Part shown: piece after piece, positions 8,025-18,121 of the stretch
Numbering within the stretch: the first letter of the stretch is position 1
Layout of the letters: each line of letters opens with the position of its first letter
IMG/VR virus record: IMGVR_UViG_3300026078_000021
Span: 51,539 to 115,538 of that record
Length of the DNA: 64,000 nt
Reading direction: 5' to 3' (one strand)
From: a virus
Taxonomy: Duplodnaviria; Heunggongvirae; Uroviricota; Caudoviricetes
Translations under genes and position numbers: made by a program
Notes under the pieces: generated by a model
Told to the model about the DNA's origin: nothing
The model's database searches: none
The model's input: only the letters and a program-made list of their open reading frames with translations

Positions 8025-8415
8025 ACTCGTGTTCGTCGTCGAGGGGCGGGGTGTGCCGGCGTTCCCAAATCAACCGGTAGAGGCGGTCCCAGAACCGGTC
8101 GGACAGCGGCCTGTGTAACGGCTGCGGCGGCGGGGCAGGGGCGGGGGCCCAGCCGGTGATCGGCTGCGGCGCCGTCCCGGCCGGGTAGGGCTGGTTGCCG
8201 CCCCAATGGTCACGCACCCAGGGCTCACGGAAGTACACCGATGGGCACGGCGCCTTGTCGGTGTCGTAATCGCCGGTGTAGTTCATCCGCCAGCGGCGGC
8301 GCAGCTCCTGCCACGCCGGGTACAGGTCACAGTACTGACATGCCCCGGGCGCGTGCAGGATCGAGGCGTCGCAGTGCGGCGCGTAATACCCCGGGTCGCA
8401 GTCGTCGCAGGTCAC
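8017..8415 (-). CDS. hypothetical Cys-rich protein
   Basis: 132 aa; multiple CxxC/CDxYP motifs; overlaps the upstream gene stop. Confidence 0.45.
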   Translation of the reverse strand: MTCDDCDPGYYAPHCDASILHAPGACQYCDLYPAWQELRRRWRMNYTGDYDTDKAPCPSVYFREPWVRDHWGGNQPYPAGTAPQPITGWAPAPAPPPQPLHRPLSDRFWDRLYRLIWERRHTPPLDDEHECE

Positions 8416-8767
8416 GGCCGGTTCCGATCTTCCACAGGTGCGAGGTTGCGCCGTTCGCAGATCGTTGGGTAGTTGTCGCCGTCCAACCTGACCTCGCAGT
8501 CTCCGTCCGTGTACAGCAGGTTCACTGTGCCGAACCTGTTGTTGTGGTGCGCGAACTGCTGCGGTAATCCGACCAGTTGCACCCGGTCGCCGATCGCGAG
8601 TGCCGTCTGGCCCGTGCGTTGCGCGTCATAGGCGTTGAGGATGTCCGCGAGGCACTGGCGTACGGCGCCGCCTGGGGAGTGCACGCGCCCGGCCTGCTCG
8701 TCGAGGATCGCGACGAGCTTCGGCGGCAGGTTCTCCGACGTCCAGCAACTGCCGTTCGGGTCGTACG
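8412..8767 (-). CDS. hypothetical protein (GTG start)
   Basis: GTG at 8767 is preceded by GGAGG and overlaps the upstream stop (GTGA). Sequence VTYDPNGSCWTSENLPPKLVAILDEQ.... Confidence 0.45.
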
Positions 8768-9235
8768 TCACGTGACCTCCACCTCTGTTGTGTCTTTGAG
8801 CCGGATGCGGCAGCGCTGCCGGCGGCGGATGTGCATGAGCCACAGGTGCCGTGCGAACACCCCGTGCCGCACGTACCGCGCCGGGGCGCGGTGGCCGATC
8901 ATCCGGCAGGTCTTCTCGTCGTGCAGGCACACCGCGCAGAACCGGCACCGGCACAAGTGCCGGTCGCGCAGCCGGCCCCACATCTCAGGGTTCTCATCCG
9001 ACAGCACCCACTTGGCGACCTGCTCGCGCTCGTACGGGCTCGGACCCTCGCGAGTGCGGCGCCACTCCAGCTCGCCGCGCCGGTCCCCGCCCTGCGCGAA
9101 GCTGCTGAACGGCCGTACTTGGAGGCACCACCGGGGAGTGTGCACGATCACCCCGAGCGGGGCGCCGTACGCGTGGTGGTCCACGTCCCACCAGGAGGTG
9201 CAGAACGCGTGCACGGGTAGCAGCGGCAGTTTCAC
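8768..9235 (-). CDS. hypothetical Cys/His-rich protein
   Basis: 155 aa; 'HLCRCRFCAVCLHDEKTCRMIGH' is a zinc-binding cluster. Confidence 0.45.
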   Translation of the reverse strand: MKLPLLPVHAFCTSWWDVDHHAYGAPLGVIVHTPRWCLQVRPFSSFAQGGDRRGELEWRRTREGPSPYEREQVAKWVLSDENPEMWGRLRDRHLCRCRFCAVCLHDEKTCRMIGHRAPARYVRHGVFARHLWLMHIRRRQRCRIRLKDTTEVEVT

Positions 9236-9660
9236 GGCGCCTCGTCCACCGTGTCGGTGGTGGACGCGATGTTCTCCTGGTCCAGGTCGATGCCGCCGAG
9301 GAGCTGGTCGGCGCGGGCGAGCGCGGCCGGGTCGTCTTTGAACTCGGCGGCGAGCCGGTTGGTGATGTGCCGCCAGTACGCGACGCGTTCCAAGTCGGTG
9401 GACAGGGCGATACCAGCGTGCTGTGCGAAGTCTTCAAGGGTGATGTCCCACGCTTCGTGTTCGAACGTGGCGAGAATGTCTTCGGGCGGCGGCGGCCACG
9501 ACGCGTAGTCGCTGCCGACCCAGTGTTCGTCGCGGAAACGGACGAGGATGCCGTAGTCGTGGCGGAACCGCGCGTAGTAGTACTGGCCGTTGCCGTCCCA
9601 CAGGTCCCATTGGGACGGGCAGGCCATGGAGGTCTGGCGGGCTTTGACGATAGTGATCAT
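9232..9660 (-). CDS. hypothetical protein
   Basis: 142 aa; Trp/Tyr-rich; stop overlaps the next gene. Confidence 0.45.
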   Translation of the reverse strand: MITIVKARQTSMACPSQWDLWDGNGQYYYARFRHDYGILVRFRDEHWVGSDYASWPPPPEDILATFEHEAWDITLEDFAQHAGIALSTDLERVAYWRHITNRLAAEFKDDPAALARADQLLGGIDLDQENIASTTDTVDEAP

Positions 9661-9663
9661 GTG

Positions 9664-9978
9664 TTAGTCGATCGTGAGGAGGCGGATACCGAAGGCGTGG
9701 GCGTAGTGGCGTACGGTCCACAGACCGGTGACCCAGTCGGTGGGGATTCCGAGCGCGTTGATGATCCGCATGTCGCGAGGGCACATGGGGTAGCGGTGCC
9801 CGAGTTTGTCGCGCCACAGATACCAGGGCCAGAGGCGGCGGGTATCGTGCGGGTCGTAGCGGCGCCCCACCAGGTGCAGGCTGTCGCGCCACGGGACGGC
9901 GGGCAGCCAGCGTACGCCGGGGGTGTCGGGTGTGGCGACGCGCAGCAGGCTGCCGGCGGCGTCGTAAGGGGCTATCAC
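9664..9978 (-). CDS. hypothetical protein
   Basis: 104-aa Trp-rich ORF. Confidence 0.4.
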   Translation of the reverse strand: MIAPYDAAGSLLRVATPDTPGVRWLPAVPWRDSLHLVGRRYDPHDTRRLWPWYLWRDKLGHRYPMCPRDMRIINALGIPTDWVTGLWTVRHYAHAFGIRLLTID

Positions 9979-10107
9979 GCTTCATCCCGCATCGGTGGTG
10001 TAAAGGGCTTGTCGTCCCCCTCCCCTCCCCGGAGACGATCCCCCTCCCCACCCCAGTATAGTTTCGATTTGTAGTGCCCACATGTCAAGGCGTGTGCATA
10101 GTTGTGA

Positions 10108-10521
10108 TCAGGGGGTTGCTGTTTTGACGAGGGCCAGGTTCGCGCGGGGTGGCTCGTCGAGCGGGATGTGCAGGCTTGTGGCGATCGAGCGGGTGACCCC
10201 GCACGGATAGGGGGTGTAGCGGTGCGTGCCGTGCAGCAGCTCGTGCACGCACATGGGGCTGGAGCACACGATCGTGCTCTCGAACAGGGCCTCGTCAGGG
10301 CGGTGGTCGTCGACCTGGTCCAGCAACACCTGAGCGAGCAAGGCGGCGTCGATGTGCGAGCAAGCCAGGTAATAGCGGGCCTGCCCATAGGGGCCGCCGC
10401 CCTCGTCCCATGCGTCGTCGTCCGATGTCCAGCCGAGACGGCGAAGTTCCTCTTTGGCTTGCCGTCCACGGTCTATGTGCGCGCCGAGCGTTGTGCGTAG
10501 TTGCAGGTCGAGGGCGGTCAT
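10108..10521 (-). CDS. putative zinc metallopeptidase (HExxH motif)
   Basis: ATG at 10521 in an ATGA overlap with the upstream gene. 'CVHELLHGTHRY' is an HExxH zincin-like motif (MTALDLQLRTTLGAHIDRGRQAKEEL...). Confidence 0.45.
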   Translation of the reverse strand: MTALDLQLRTTLGAHIDRGRQAKEELRRLGWTSDDDAWDEGGGPYGQARYYLACSHIDAALLAQVLLDQVDDHRPDEALFESTIVCSSPMCVHELLHGTHRYTPYPCGVTRSIATSLHIPLDEPPRANLALVKTATP

Positions 10522-11021
10522 GACGCTTTCGCTACCGGTGCGGCGGCGAGAGGGCCGGGGCGGCGGTAGCCATGGAACGCGGCGGGGGCGTGGGGTAGTT
10601 TCACCAGATCGGGCAGGGTGTCCAGGTCGAAGAGGTCTTGCCCGTAGAGCCATTCGAGGAACGGTTCGAACAGGGGGCACACCAGGATGCGGTGCCTGCG
10701 CAGGTCGGCGGCGGCGAATCCGCCGGGCCGGAAGAACGCGCCCTCACCGGTGGCCAGGTCGAGCACCCAGAGGTGTTCCGGGCCCCAGCCACAGTACGCG
10801 GGCAGGGACACGATCTGGGGTTCCAGGGCGCTTGCGTGCGCCCACTCGCGGGTCAGACGCCCCAGCAGGAACTTGCCGTGATTAAACCCGTTGGTTGCCT
10901 CGACCAGTCTCGTTTTCACACGCACTCCTGACGCGAGGGCAGCCGTTCGGCTGCGCGGCGCAGCAGGCGCATGGTCGGCGCGGTGAGCACGGCGCGCGCG
11001 GCGCTCTCGCCCCAGAAACAC
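10518..11021 (-). CDS. hypothetical protein
   Basis: 167 aa; ATGA overlap with the downstream gene. Confidence 0.45.
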   Translation of the reverse strand: MFLGRERRARRAHRADHAPAAPRSRTAALASGVRVKTRLVEATNGFNHGKFLLGRLTREWAHASALEPQIVSLPAYCGWGPEHLWVLDLATGEGAFFRPGGFAAADLRRHRILVCPLFEPFLEWLYGQDLFDLDTLPDLVKLPHAPAAFHGYRRPGPLAAAPVAKAS

Positions 11022-11302
11022 GCGGCGTGCTCGCCGAAATCGATCTCGCCGGTGATCTCAGGGTCGCTACGGTTGTAGACATCGCAGCACACGAGTTCGT
11101 GGCGGATCTCGGCAGCCAAAAGCCGGGCGTGAGCGGGTAGGACGGCGGCGAGGACGGCGCGCATCGCGATCCGGTTCAGGCCACCGTGTGCGGGTTGTGC
11201 CTGCAACGCGAGGTCGAGCAGCGCGGGCGGTACTGAGCGGATGCTGTCCACGTAGCCGGTGACCGACTCGGCGTCGGCTTCGGGCGGGGTTGGCGCGGTC
11301 AT
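10916..11302 (-). CDS. hypothetical protein
   Basis: Trimmed to ATG 11302 (MTAPTPPEADAESVTGYVDSIRS...), which overlaps the upstream stop. Confidence 0.45.
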   Translation of the reverse strand: MTAPTPPEADAESVTGYVDSIRSVPPALLDLALQAQPAHGGLNRIAMRAVLAAVLPAHARLLAAEIRHELVCCDVYNRSDPEITGEIDFGEHAACFWGESAARAVLTAPTMRLLRRAAERLPSRQECV

Positions 11303-11736
11303 TCGTCGCGCTCCAGGGCCGGGATGCGCCGTCCGGCGGCGGTCAGTGCGCCGGCGGTGCGGGTGTGCAGCGAGTGCGGGAGTTTCACCGGCGCGTTGTC
11401 GTTGCGTGCCCATTGGTCGAGCCATTCGGCCAGCAGGTCGAGGTGGGAACCGAACGCGTGCTTGGATGCGGCGACGGTGAGCGGGGCGCTGCCGGCTTGT
11501 AGCGCGGTGTCGGCGCAGGCTTCGCGCTGCTGCCGGGCGTGGTCGCACACCTCGTGGTCGGTGCACACGGCCGGGGTGGTGGCCACGTGGGTGGCCACGT
11601 GCTCGGCGAAGCGGGCGAGCAGGGGGGCGAGGATCTCGCGGATCTGGCCTTCGTCGAGGTCGAAGCGTGGTTCGCCGAGGATCGTGTGGTCGTAGGCGGC
11701 CTGGACAATGGGGTCGGGGACCAGGTCGGGGATCAT
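11299..11736 (-). CDS. hypothetical protein
   Basis: 145 aa; acidic; His/Cys cluster (CTDHEVCDH). Confidence 0.45.
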   Translation of the reverse strand: MIPDLVPDPIVQAAYDHTILGEPRFDLDEGQIREILAPLLARFAEHVATHVATTPAVCTDHEVCDHARQQREACADTALQAGSAPLTVAASKHAFGSHLDLLAEWLDQWARNDNAPVKLPHSLHTRTAGALTAAGRRIPALERDE

Positions 11737-11978
11737 TGGGCGTACCTCCGGATGAGGGCTGCGTCGCGGCGGGTGCGGGCGCGGGAGCAGGGGCAGTTGC
11801 AGCCGTCTTGGCCGGCGGGTGGTGGTTGTGTCTCGACGTATTCGGCGATCATGTCGGCGTAGAGGGGTAGGACGACGGCGAGTGCGTCGCGTAGTCCGCC
11901 GCTTTCGAGTAGGTCGGGGATGGGGGCGGCGTCAGCGCCAGCTCGGACGAGGTGGGCGGGGACTTGGCCGGGGGTCAT
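11733..11978 (-). CDS. hypothetical small protein
   Basis: Trimmed to the internal Met (MTPGQVPAHLVRAGADAAPIPDLLESGG...). Confidence 0.4.
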   Translation of the reverse strand: MTPGQVPAHLVRAGADAAPIPDLLESGGLRDALAVVLPLYADMIAEYVETQPPPAGQDGCNCPCSRARTRRDAALIRRYAQ

Positions 11979-12684
11979 GGGTTCTCCGTGAGGGGCGGAG
12001 CCGGCAGAAGAGTGAACGTACGATAGCACGAATCGTGGTCCATGGGTTGCGACGCGGTGAAACATGGTGTTGACGTTGCAGAACGACCGCCCGGCGGCGG
12101 TGAACGAGCCGCTGACGAGCGCTGCGGGCACGGGAGCGTGACAAGTGGTTGTTCCACACGTTGCGTGCATGGTTGCGCCGCTGTTGGCAGGCCTTGTGCG
12201 CCAGGCGCAGGTTCGCGAAGCTGTACCCCTTGCGGCCGACGATGACAACACGCGAACGTGTCATCTGTTCGACGGCGTCGATGAGCTGGCCGCACAACCA
12301 GCACCTGTCCCCGTGCAGCTGTCGTAAAGCGTGGATGCCGTGGCGTTTGCGGGCGCTGACGCTGGTGATTCCCTCGCCGTGCGGCGCTGTCAATGGCGAG
12401 CCCTCAACGGGCCTGTAGCCAGCGTCATGGTTACAGCTTTGGTGCGCGAGGCCCAGGTTCGATGCGGCGTGGGCGCCGCCGAGGGCGCGGGGGACGATGT
12501 GTTCGCGGCTGGCTTGCGAGAGTTTGACGAGGCGCCCGCAACGGCAGCAGGTGAACGCGCACGCGATCCACAGTGCACGCAGCGCCTTGCTGGCGCTGGT
12601 GTCGTCGTCGAGCGCGGCGAGGAGGGCGGCCTGTAAGGCGGGGGTCGGCGGCGTCACAACGTCGATCATATAGTCATCGCACAC
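11932..12684 (-). CDS. HNH endonuclease, tandem HNH motifs
   Basis: 'CCRCGRLVKL...REHIVPRALGGAHAASNLGLAHQSCN' and 'CWLCGQLID...ANLRLAHKACQQRRNHA' are two HNH motifs. The Arg-rich C-terminal tail may belong to a different frame. Confidence 0.65.
   Translation of the reverse strand: MCDDYMIDVVTPPTPALQAALLAALDDDTSASKALRALWIACAFTCCRCGRLVKLSQASREHIVPRALGGAHAASNLGLAHQSCNHDAGYRPVEGSPLTAPHGEGITSVSARKRHGIHALRQLHGDRCWLCGQLIDAVEQMTRSRVVIVGRKGYSFANLRLAHKACQQRRNHARNVWNNHLSRSRARSARQRLVHRRRAVVLQRQHHVSPRRNPWTTIRAIVRSLFCRLRPSRRTHDPRPSPRPPRPSWR
12019..12032 (-). promoter_or_regulatory. class 2 intergenic motif AC(A/G)(G/A)TAGCAC(G/T)AA
   Basis: tacgatagcacgaa followed by atcgtg; upstream of the gene start at 11978. 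Confidence 0.35.
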
Positions 12685-12774
12685 AACGAAGCGCCCCTCC
12701 GGCTGGTCGGCGGTGGAGGGGCGCTTCAGGGGTGTAGTGGTCGATTCCCGGGGAAGGAACCGACCGGCGGGAGA

Positions 12775-12808
12775 ACAGTAACACGAAAATCGTGCCTTGT
12801 GTCAAGCG
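12775..12808 (-). promoter_or_regulatory. class 2 motif (acagtaacacgaaaatcgtg) adjacent to a class 1 variant (tgtgtcaagcgc)
   Basis: Both motifs lie in the 5' region of the HNH gene (start 12684). Confidence 0.35.
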
Positions 12809-13039
12809 CTCGGAGAAACAGGTGGCCCCCTGCCGGATTCCACCCGGAAGGGGGCCGTGTATGTGCCTTGGCGAGGCGGTCATACGGTAGCACGGGGCTC
12901 GGCGCGGCGCTCCTCCCGGCGCGTACGCGCCTGCCGCATCAGCCTGTTGATCCTGCGCTCGCTCGTCACCCCATACAGCGCCAGCAGGGCCGCCAGGTCC
13001 ACCTTTCCATGCGGCAATGTGACAGTAGCACTGTACGGG

Positions 13040-13255
13040 CTACTGTACGCCGCGCGCGACCCAATCCGCGATCTGCTCACCCGTCGGCTCCCACCACCAA
13101 GTCACCCCATGCGGGCACACCATCGGCTCAGCCGTATACGGCCCGATGACAAGCGGGGCCTGCGCGGACACCGTGACATCTACGTCCATCGCGGCCATAC
13201 GGCCCTTCACCGTGCGCCAGCACTCGCACGTCGGCTGGCCGAACGCGCCCCTCAT
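13040..13255 (-). CDS. hypothetical small protein
   Basis: 71-aa Trp/Cys-containing ORF. Confidence 0.35.
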   Translation of the reverse strand: MRGAFGQPTCECWRTVKGRMAAMDVDVTVSAQAPLVIGPYTAEPMVCPHGVTWWWEPTGEQIADWVARGVQ

Positions 13256-13629
13256 TCGCCTAGCTCCTGGTCCATGCGCGTCAACTCCTCGGCAGCGATA
13301 CGGCCGGCCTCGTCCTTCTCCCGCTGGTAGCGAAGGACGTCGGCCAGATCGAGACGTACGGTCACGTCGAGCAGACCGCTCTGCGCCGCGTGGGTGACGT
13401 ATTTGACGGACACGTTCAGGATCAGCGCGGCGTCCTCGATGGTGAGCTGGTCACCCATCCAGCTCCAATCGGTCGTCTCGGGGTGTGCCCAGTCGCGTAC
13501 GACGGCGCGGCAGGCGTCACAGAACCAGCCGTCGGTGCGTGCGCGCAGGGTCTGGCAACGTGGGTGCCACGCTTGATCGCCGCCGGCGCACCGCAGTTTG
13601 GAGACGGCGCGGTCCTGGTGGGCGTTCAT
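13252..13629 (-). CDS. excisionase/MerR-like HTH DNA-binding protein with an N-terminal Cys cluster
   Basis: 'MGDQLTIEDAALILNVSVKYVTHAAQSGLLDV' is an excisionase-type HTH. Trimmed to Met 13629. Confidence 0.5.
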   Translation of the reverse strand: MNAHQDRAVSKLRCAGGDQAWHPRCQTLRARTDGWFCDACRAVVRDWAHPETTDWSWMGDQLTIEDAALILNVSVKYVTHAAQSGLLDVTVRLDLADVLRYQREKDEAGRIAAEELTRMDQELGE

Positions 13630-13773
13630 GGAGCGGGTCTGGTCGAGGGTGAACGGCACGGTGACGCGGTCGAGCACGGTGGGCCTCCGGGCGGGAAGGA
13701 GAGAGCCCCGGCGGGTCGCGCGCCGGGGCTCTCCTTTGTGCAGCACGTCAGGCTACGCCTACGGCACACGGGA

Positions 13774-13787
13774 ACAGTAGCACTAAA
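13774..13787 (-). promoter_or_regulatory. class 2 motif acagtagcactaaa
   Basis: 30 nt upstream of ORF end 13746; nearest confident start is Met 13629. Confidence 0.4.
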
Positions 13788-14030
13788 GGGGAAGGCCCCG
13801 GGGGGCGATCCGGGGCCTTCCGTGTCTGTCTTGCAGGGTTGTGCACCTCACGCGGATGAGATCCGCGTGGGAATTACGACGATAGCACCAGAACAGTGGC
13901 GCGGCCAGTAGGAGAAAGGGGCTCCTCCCATGAGGACTAGGAGGAGCCCTACACCGACAGATACGCTCACGCGCATCCCCCACTCGGCGGCGCAGTGGTG
14001 TCGTGTCACCACGCACGCGTACAGTAGCAC

Positions 14031-14044
14031 GAAAGGCCGTTGTG
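14031..14044 (-). promoter_or_regulatory. class 2 motif acagtagcacgaaa
   Basis: Intergenic, just beyond the end of the EEP gene at 14050. Confidence 0.35.
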
Positions 14045-14049
14045 GCGGC

Positions 14050-14922
14050 TTAACGCCACTCGAACAGGCCACCGGGCTCGATCAGCGCCGTATCCAACCG
14101 CCACGCCACACCCGCGTGATCGCTCGCGCCCATCGGCGCATCCAGCGTCCAGTACCCGGTCACCGCCGAACGCAACGGCACCGTCACCCACCCCCCGTCG
14201 ATCCGATCGAACTCGCTCGTGTGTGTAAGTACACTGTGATCCTTCCTCGCGTTCGCGTACTCCCACGCGACGTCGCACCAACCGTTGTCCACGAACGCCT
14301 GCGCCACCGACCGATCCGCCACGGGCGACCACGTGCGTGCGGTACCCGGCAGCGCACGCGACCCCAAGTTGTATGGCAACTGCGTCGCCCAGTTCGGCGG
14401 CGGGTTATGCGGATTGGCCGGCGAGAAGTTCGTGTCACCGCCCAGCACCCCGTACGCGCCCCACCGGTACGGGTGCGTCGCCACATACTGCGCCTCGATC
14501 CGTGCCGCGTCCGCCGAATACGGCGTCAGCTTGTACGAACCCACCGCGAGCGGCAGCGGCAGACCGACGTCCCACGCCCCGATACTCCACCCGTGATAGC
14601 TACGGTCGGTGGTGTCCTCATGCAGGACCCCTATTCGGCCTTGGCCGAGCGGTTGCGGAAAGCCGACGGTCTGCTGCCGATACATGATGAGTGTCGCGAG
14701 CCCGGAACGGGAACGGCCGGGTCTCAGCGCCTCCAAACCCAGGTCGTCCTGCGCGCGTTTGATCAGATCCTCGTTTTCGGCCCAGCCTTTGCATTCGTTG
14801 AGCAGCACGAAGTCGTACGGCTCCGGGGTGCCTTCGGTGATGCGTTTGACGACCAGCGGCCAGGGGTCCGGCTCGCCGGGTTTCGGTGGCAGCAGGCTTT
14901 GGACGACAAAGGTCAGTTCCAT
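14050..14922 (-). CDS. endonuclease/exonuclease/phosphatase (EEP) family protein
   Basis: RBS GAAGGAG before ATG 14922. 'VLLNE', 'GGDTN' and 'SDHAGV' are the EEP catalytic motifs. Confidence 0.6.
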   Translation of the reverse strand: MELTFVVQSLLPPKPGEPDPWPLVVKRITEGTPEPYDFVLLNECKGWAENEDLIKRAQDDLGLEALRPGRSRSGLATLIMYRQQTVGFPQPLGQGRIGVLHEDTTDRSYHGWSIGAWDVGLPLPLAVGSYKLTPYSADAARIEAQYVATHPYRWGAYGVLGGDTNFSPANPHNPPPNWATQLPYNLGSRALPGTARTWSPVADRSVAQAFVDNGWCDVAWEYANARKDHSVLTHTSEFDRIDGGWVTVPLRSAVTGYWTLDAPMGASDHAGVAWRLDTALIEPGGLFEWR

Positions 14923-15099
14923 GGGTGCTCCTTCGGGGGTAAACGGGGCCGGCCCCTCCCGTATCTCAGACGGGAGGGGCCGGAGGGGTGGCCTGGTTCG
15001 GGTGCGCTTACCAAGCGCGGGCCACCCGGTTGGGGGCTCGGCGCGAGCCATCGCCAACGAAGTCAGACCATAACACTGATACGGGGGTGAGCGCCACAG

Positions 15100-15378
15100 T
15101 CACCCATCCGACACGGCACGCGCCGCTGCCTCAATGTCCGCAACCGCATCCAATATGAGCCCACGCGGGACAGCCACCATGACGCCACTGCCGTCGAGGT
15201 GATTGCCCTGCGGAACGTCCCCGGTCGGCACTAGGGCCTTCCCGACGAGCGCGATGCTGCCATCACTGAGCAGAAACACGTCAGGGCAGTTCATGTCGTT
15301 CGTGCTACCGCGCTGTGCCGGTGTCGTCCCCAGCCGGCGCACAATGCTTACCGCCGGGTCCTGGCCCGTCTCGCTCAT
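15100..15378 (-). CDS. hypothetical small protein
   Basis: GGAGGTGGGAGT sits before ATG 15378 (MSETGQDPAVSIVRRLG...). Confidence 0.45.
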   Translation of the reverse strand: MSETGQDPAVSIVRRLGTTPAQRGSTNDMNCPDVFLLSDGSIALVGKALVPTGDVPQGNHLDGSGVMVAVPRGLILDAVADIEAAARAVSDG

Positions 15379-15403
15379 ACTCCCACCTCCACGAAAGGAA
15401 CGG

Positions 15404-15607
15404 TCATGACGCCATGCGGGAGGTGTCGCGGAGCAACGCCTCCACGTCAGGCCGACCACTGGACATCAACTGCTGCACGCGCGGACCCGAAATACCCGCA
15501 AGGTGCCCGACCGCCCGCTGCGAGAAGCCCTCATCCGACAGCTTCCACGCCTCGTGGCGCCGCCACCGCGACACGAGCACAACCATCTCTTGCAGCGCGG
15601 CCTCCAT
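15404..15607 (-). CDS. small HTH DNA-binding protein (start uncertain, may extend upstream)
   Basis: 'LSDEGFSQRAVGHLAGISGPRVQQLM' is an HTH. The longer ORF-track N-terminus is Arg/Cys-rich and unlikely to be coding. Confidence 0.4.
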   Translation of the reverse strand: MEAALQEMVVLVSRWRRHEAWKLSDEGFSQRAVGHLAGISGPRVQQLMSSGRPDVEALLRDTSRMAS

Positions 15608-16353
15608 CTCGCAGTACTCGACGAACCGCCGTGTAGCCGAGTCCCGCGCCCGGATGCGCTGCAACTGCTGCGCGAAGCCTTCGTGAAGCGCGGTCGGCGG
15701 CTGCGCCACAGACGACCTCCATGAAACAGGGCTGCCCCTTCCCGCAAGAAGGGGCAGCGATCCTCGAAGCAGACCCAAGCAAGGTCGGTCACACCATAGC
15801 ATCATGCTCCGGGGGAGTGGCAGCCTCCGTAGATTGCCACTCGACCTGCTCCCAATGCCGCACAGACAACCCCCATGCGCCCTCAAGCACCTTAACCATG
15901 ATGCGCCACGCCTGCGCCTGCTCGCCGGGCGTCGGCAACGCCATGATCCGGCCGATCTCCAGGCCGAGCCGCCGCTGCATCCCCATCGGGTCCGGCGGAC
16001 CCAGTCCACGACGACGCCACAACCGGCCCGTCCCACTCGCCACGCGCCGACAACTCGCGCCAACGCGTGTGAAACCACTCCGAGTGAGCACGAGCAACAC
16101 CATCCACGACTGGCAGCGGAGAACCACAGAGACGACAGCGCACCATCACACCATACGCACACGGACGGTAAGCGCAACCCCCTGCGACACAACAAGGCCG
16201 GCCCTCGTTGGCGCGAGGGCCGGCCTTCCCGGTGCGTGCCGGTCAATGCCGCCCGGTCCATCCACCGCTGACACTACCGACTCGGCGACCCCGGCGGCGC
16301 CGAACCGGACGGCTGTCCGGCAACCCGGACAACACTAAACGCGAACCTCGTGG

Positions 16354-16845
16354 TCACTCGACGTCCAGCGCAGGAAACAAGCCCACCCCACACCCCAGAA
16401 CCGCAGCCCATATCAACAACCTCACCGGACGCGGATTGCCCTGACCCGACTCCCACCGCATCACCGACCACCGATGCACACCCACACGCCCGGCCAACGC
16501 GCTCTGCGAAACCTTCCCCCTCACCCCACACAACGCCACAGCCAACCGGCGCATCTCCCGGGCCTGAAACTCCAACGCGTACGGAACATCCGGCGCCAAC
16601 ACCTTGCCGCCCCGGGTGACCCGCACAACCAGGCCCACCTCACGCGCCCACAAGATCAAATGCTCCATCGTCGGTGCGTCGCGCCCCACCACCCAATCCA
16701 CCACCGTCCCCGGCGTAACCCCCAAACGCTCCGCCAACACGCGCTGCGTCCAACCAGCATCCTGTCGTGCCCGATCAAGCTGCCGCACCAACGCGAACAC
16801 ATCAGCGCGCGCCTGCGACTCCAGGCCCGGATCAAACCCCACCAC
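16354..16845 (-). CDS. XRE-family regulator with two HTH domains
   Basis: 'WTQRVLAERLGVTPGTVVDW' and 'VSQSALAGRVGVHRWSVMRWESG'. Confidence 0.7.
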   Translation of the reverse strand: MVGFDPGLESQARADVFALVRQLDRARQDAGWTQRVLAERLGVTPGTVVDWVVGRDAPTMEHLILWAREVGLVVRVTRGGKVLAPDVPYALEFQAREMRRLAVALCGVRGKVSQSALAGRVGVHRWSVMRWESGQGNPRPVRLLIWAAVLGCGVGLFPALDVE

Positions 16846-17407
16846 TCACCTCCGGCTTGACTACCGTCATCACGTACCAGCCCTTACCGTGCCGCGACTC
16901 GACAAGCCCCTGCGCCTCCAAAGCGAGCAACGCGCACCGAGCCGTATACGCCGAGACACCAAACCGCGCGGCGAGACCCGGCACGGTCGTCAGTCTCACA
17001 CCAGGGCCAAGCCCACGCTCCTGGATCTTCGCCGCCAACTCGGCGGCAATCTCCAGCGGACCGGGCGCGCTGCGCTCACTTGGCTGGCCCACATACCAGC
17101 CCCGCGTGGGCACCGAGTGGATCAAACCCTCCCCGGCGAGCTGCGAGAGCGCCTTACGCAGCGTGTTGCGTGAGGCACCGAAACGCGCCGACAGTTCAGC
17201 CTCGCTGCCGAGCTTCGCCGGCCCCGGGTGTGTCGGCTCGGTGGCGGCGACCTGTTCACGCAGCTTGCCTGCGATCTGCTGGAACGTGCAGCGGGGGCCG
17301 CGAGCACCCACATGTCCTCCTGTTGCGGTTACGGCCGGTGGGGTGGTGACGAGCCGCCGTGCCGGCGGGCGCGTACGCGGCGGACGAGACGGGAGATGGG
17401 ACACCAC
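16832..17407 (-). CDS. GntR-family regulator with two winged-HTH domains
   Basis: 'SARFGASRNTLRKALSQLAGEGLIHSVPTRGWYV' and 'AARFGVSAYTARCALLALEAQGLVESRHGKGWYV'. The N-terminal ~40 aa are probably not coding. Confidence 0.65.
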   Translation of the reverse strand: MVSHLPSRPPRTRPPARRLVTTPPAVTATGGHVGARGPRCTFQQIAGKLREQVAATEPTHPGPAKLGSEAELSARFGASRNTLRKALSQLAGEGLIHSVPTRGWYVGQPSERSAPGPLEIAAELAAKIQERGLGPGVRLTTVPGLAARFGVSAYTARCALLALEAQGLVESRHGKGWYVMTVVKPEVSGGV

Positions 17408-17468
17408 GAAGGCATACTCATACTAGAAGTATTACAGAGGGCTGCGATTACGCAACCACCCGCGACCC

Positions 17469-18119
17469 TCACGGCCGAAACACCCAATCGACCATCGGTG
17501 CCGACCCCCAGCACCCCCACCACGCCTGGCCGCGACCAGTGCGCACCGCCATCCTCCACAAGCAAAACTTCGCCGTACGATCACCCAACGCAGCCGCGCG
17601 CCCAAACGCCGACCACGCCAGCCCCGGCTTGCCCAGCACCATGTATGTCACACCCGCACCAAGCAGCGCCTCGCGGTCCTCGACGCGCGCCGCGACGGCC
17701 GCCACCAGGATCAGCGCCTCCTCGTGCGCGCCCTGCCGGTGCGCGATCTTCGCCAGCCTGCACAGCTCGCGCTCGTCACCGCGCTGCAATACCCGCGAAC
17801 GCCAAACAGCCGCGCGGCGCGTGTGCCCTAGCCGCTCCAGCACGGACACCAGTTGGTACGCGGCACGGGTGTTCCCGCGAACGGACGCGCGTTGTAGTCG
17901 CCATGCCAGGCACCAACTCGGCAACCGAAACCATCTAGTAACACGGATCACGGGGCGATGGTACAAGACGGCAATGGCAAAGTGGAGGCGACCCCGCTGC
18001 CCCGGCGAACGAGGCCGCCTCCACTGCGCCCGGCCCGACCGTGCCAACGGAGGAAGCCAAGCGAAAGAAGTCATACCATAGCTAAGAAGGTGGGGGATAG
18101 GCCCAACCCGCACGAGCAC
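17469..18119 (-). CDS. hypothetical protein with TPR-like helical repeats
   Basis: 216 aa; repeated A/L-rich helices. Confidence 0.35.
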   Translation of the reverse strand: MLVRVGPIPHLLSYGMTSFAWLPPLARSGRAQWRRPRSPGQRGRLHFAIAVLYHRPVIRVTRWFRLPSWCLAWRLQRASVRGNTRAAYQLVSVLERLGHTRRAAVWRSRVLQRGDERELCRLAKIAHRQGAHEEALILVAAVAARVEDREALLGAGVTYMVLGKPGLAWSAFGRAAALGDRTAKFCLWRMAVRTGRGQAWWGCWGSAPMVDWVFRP

Positions 18120-18121
18120 AC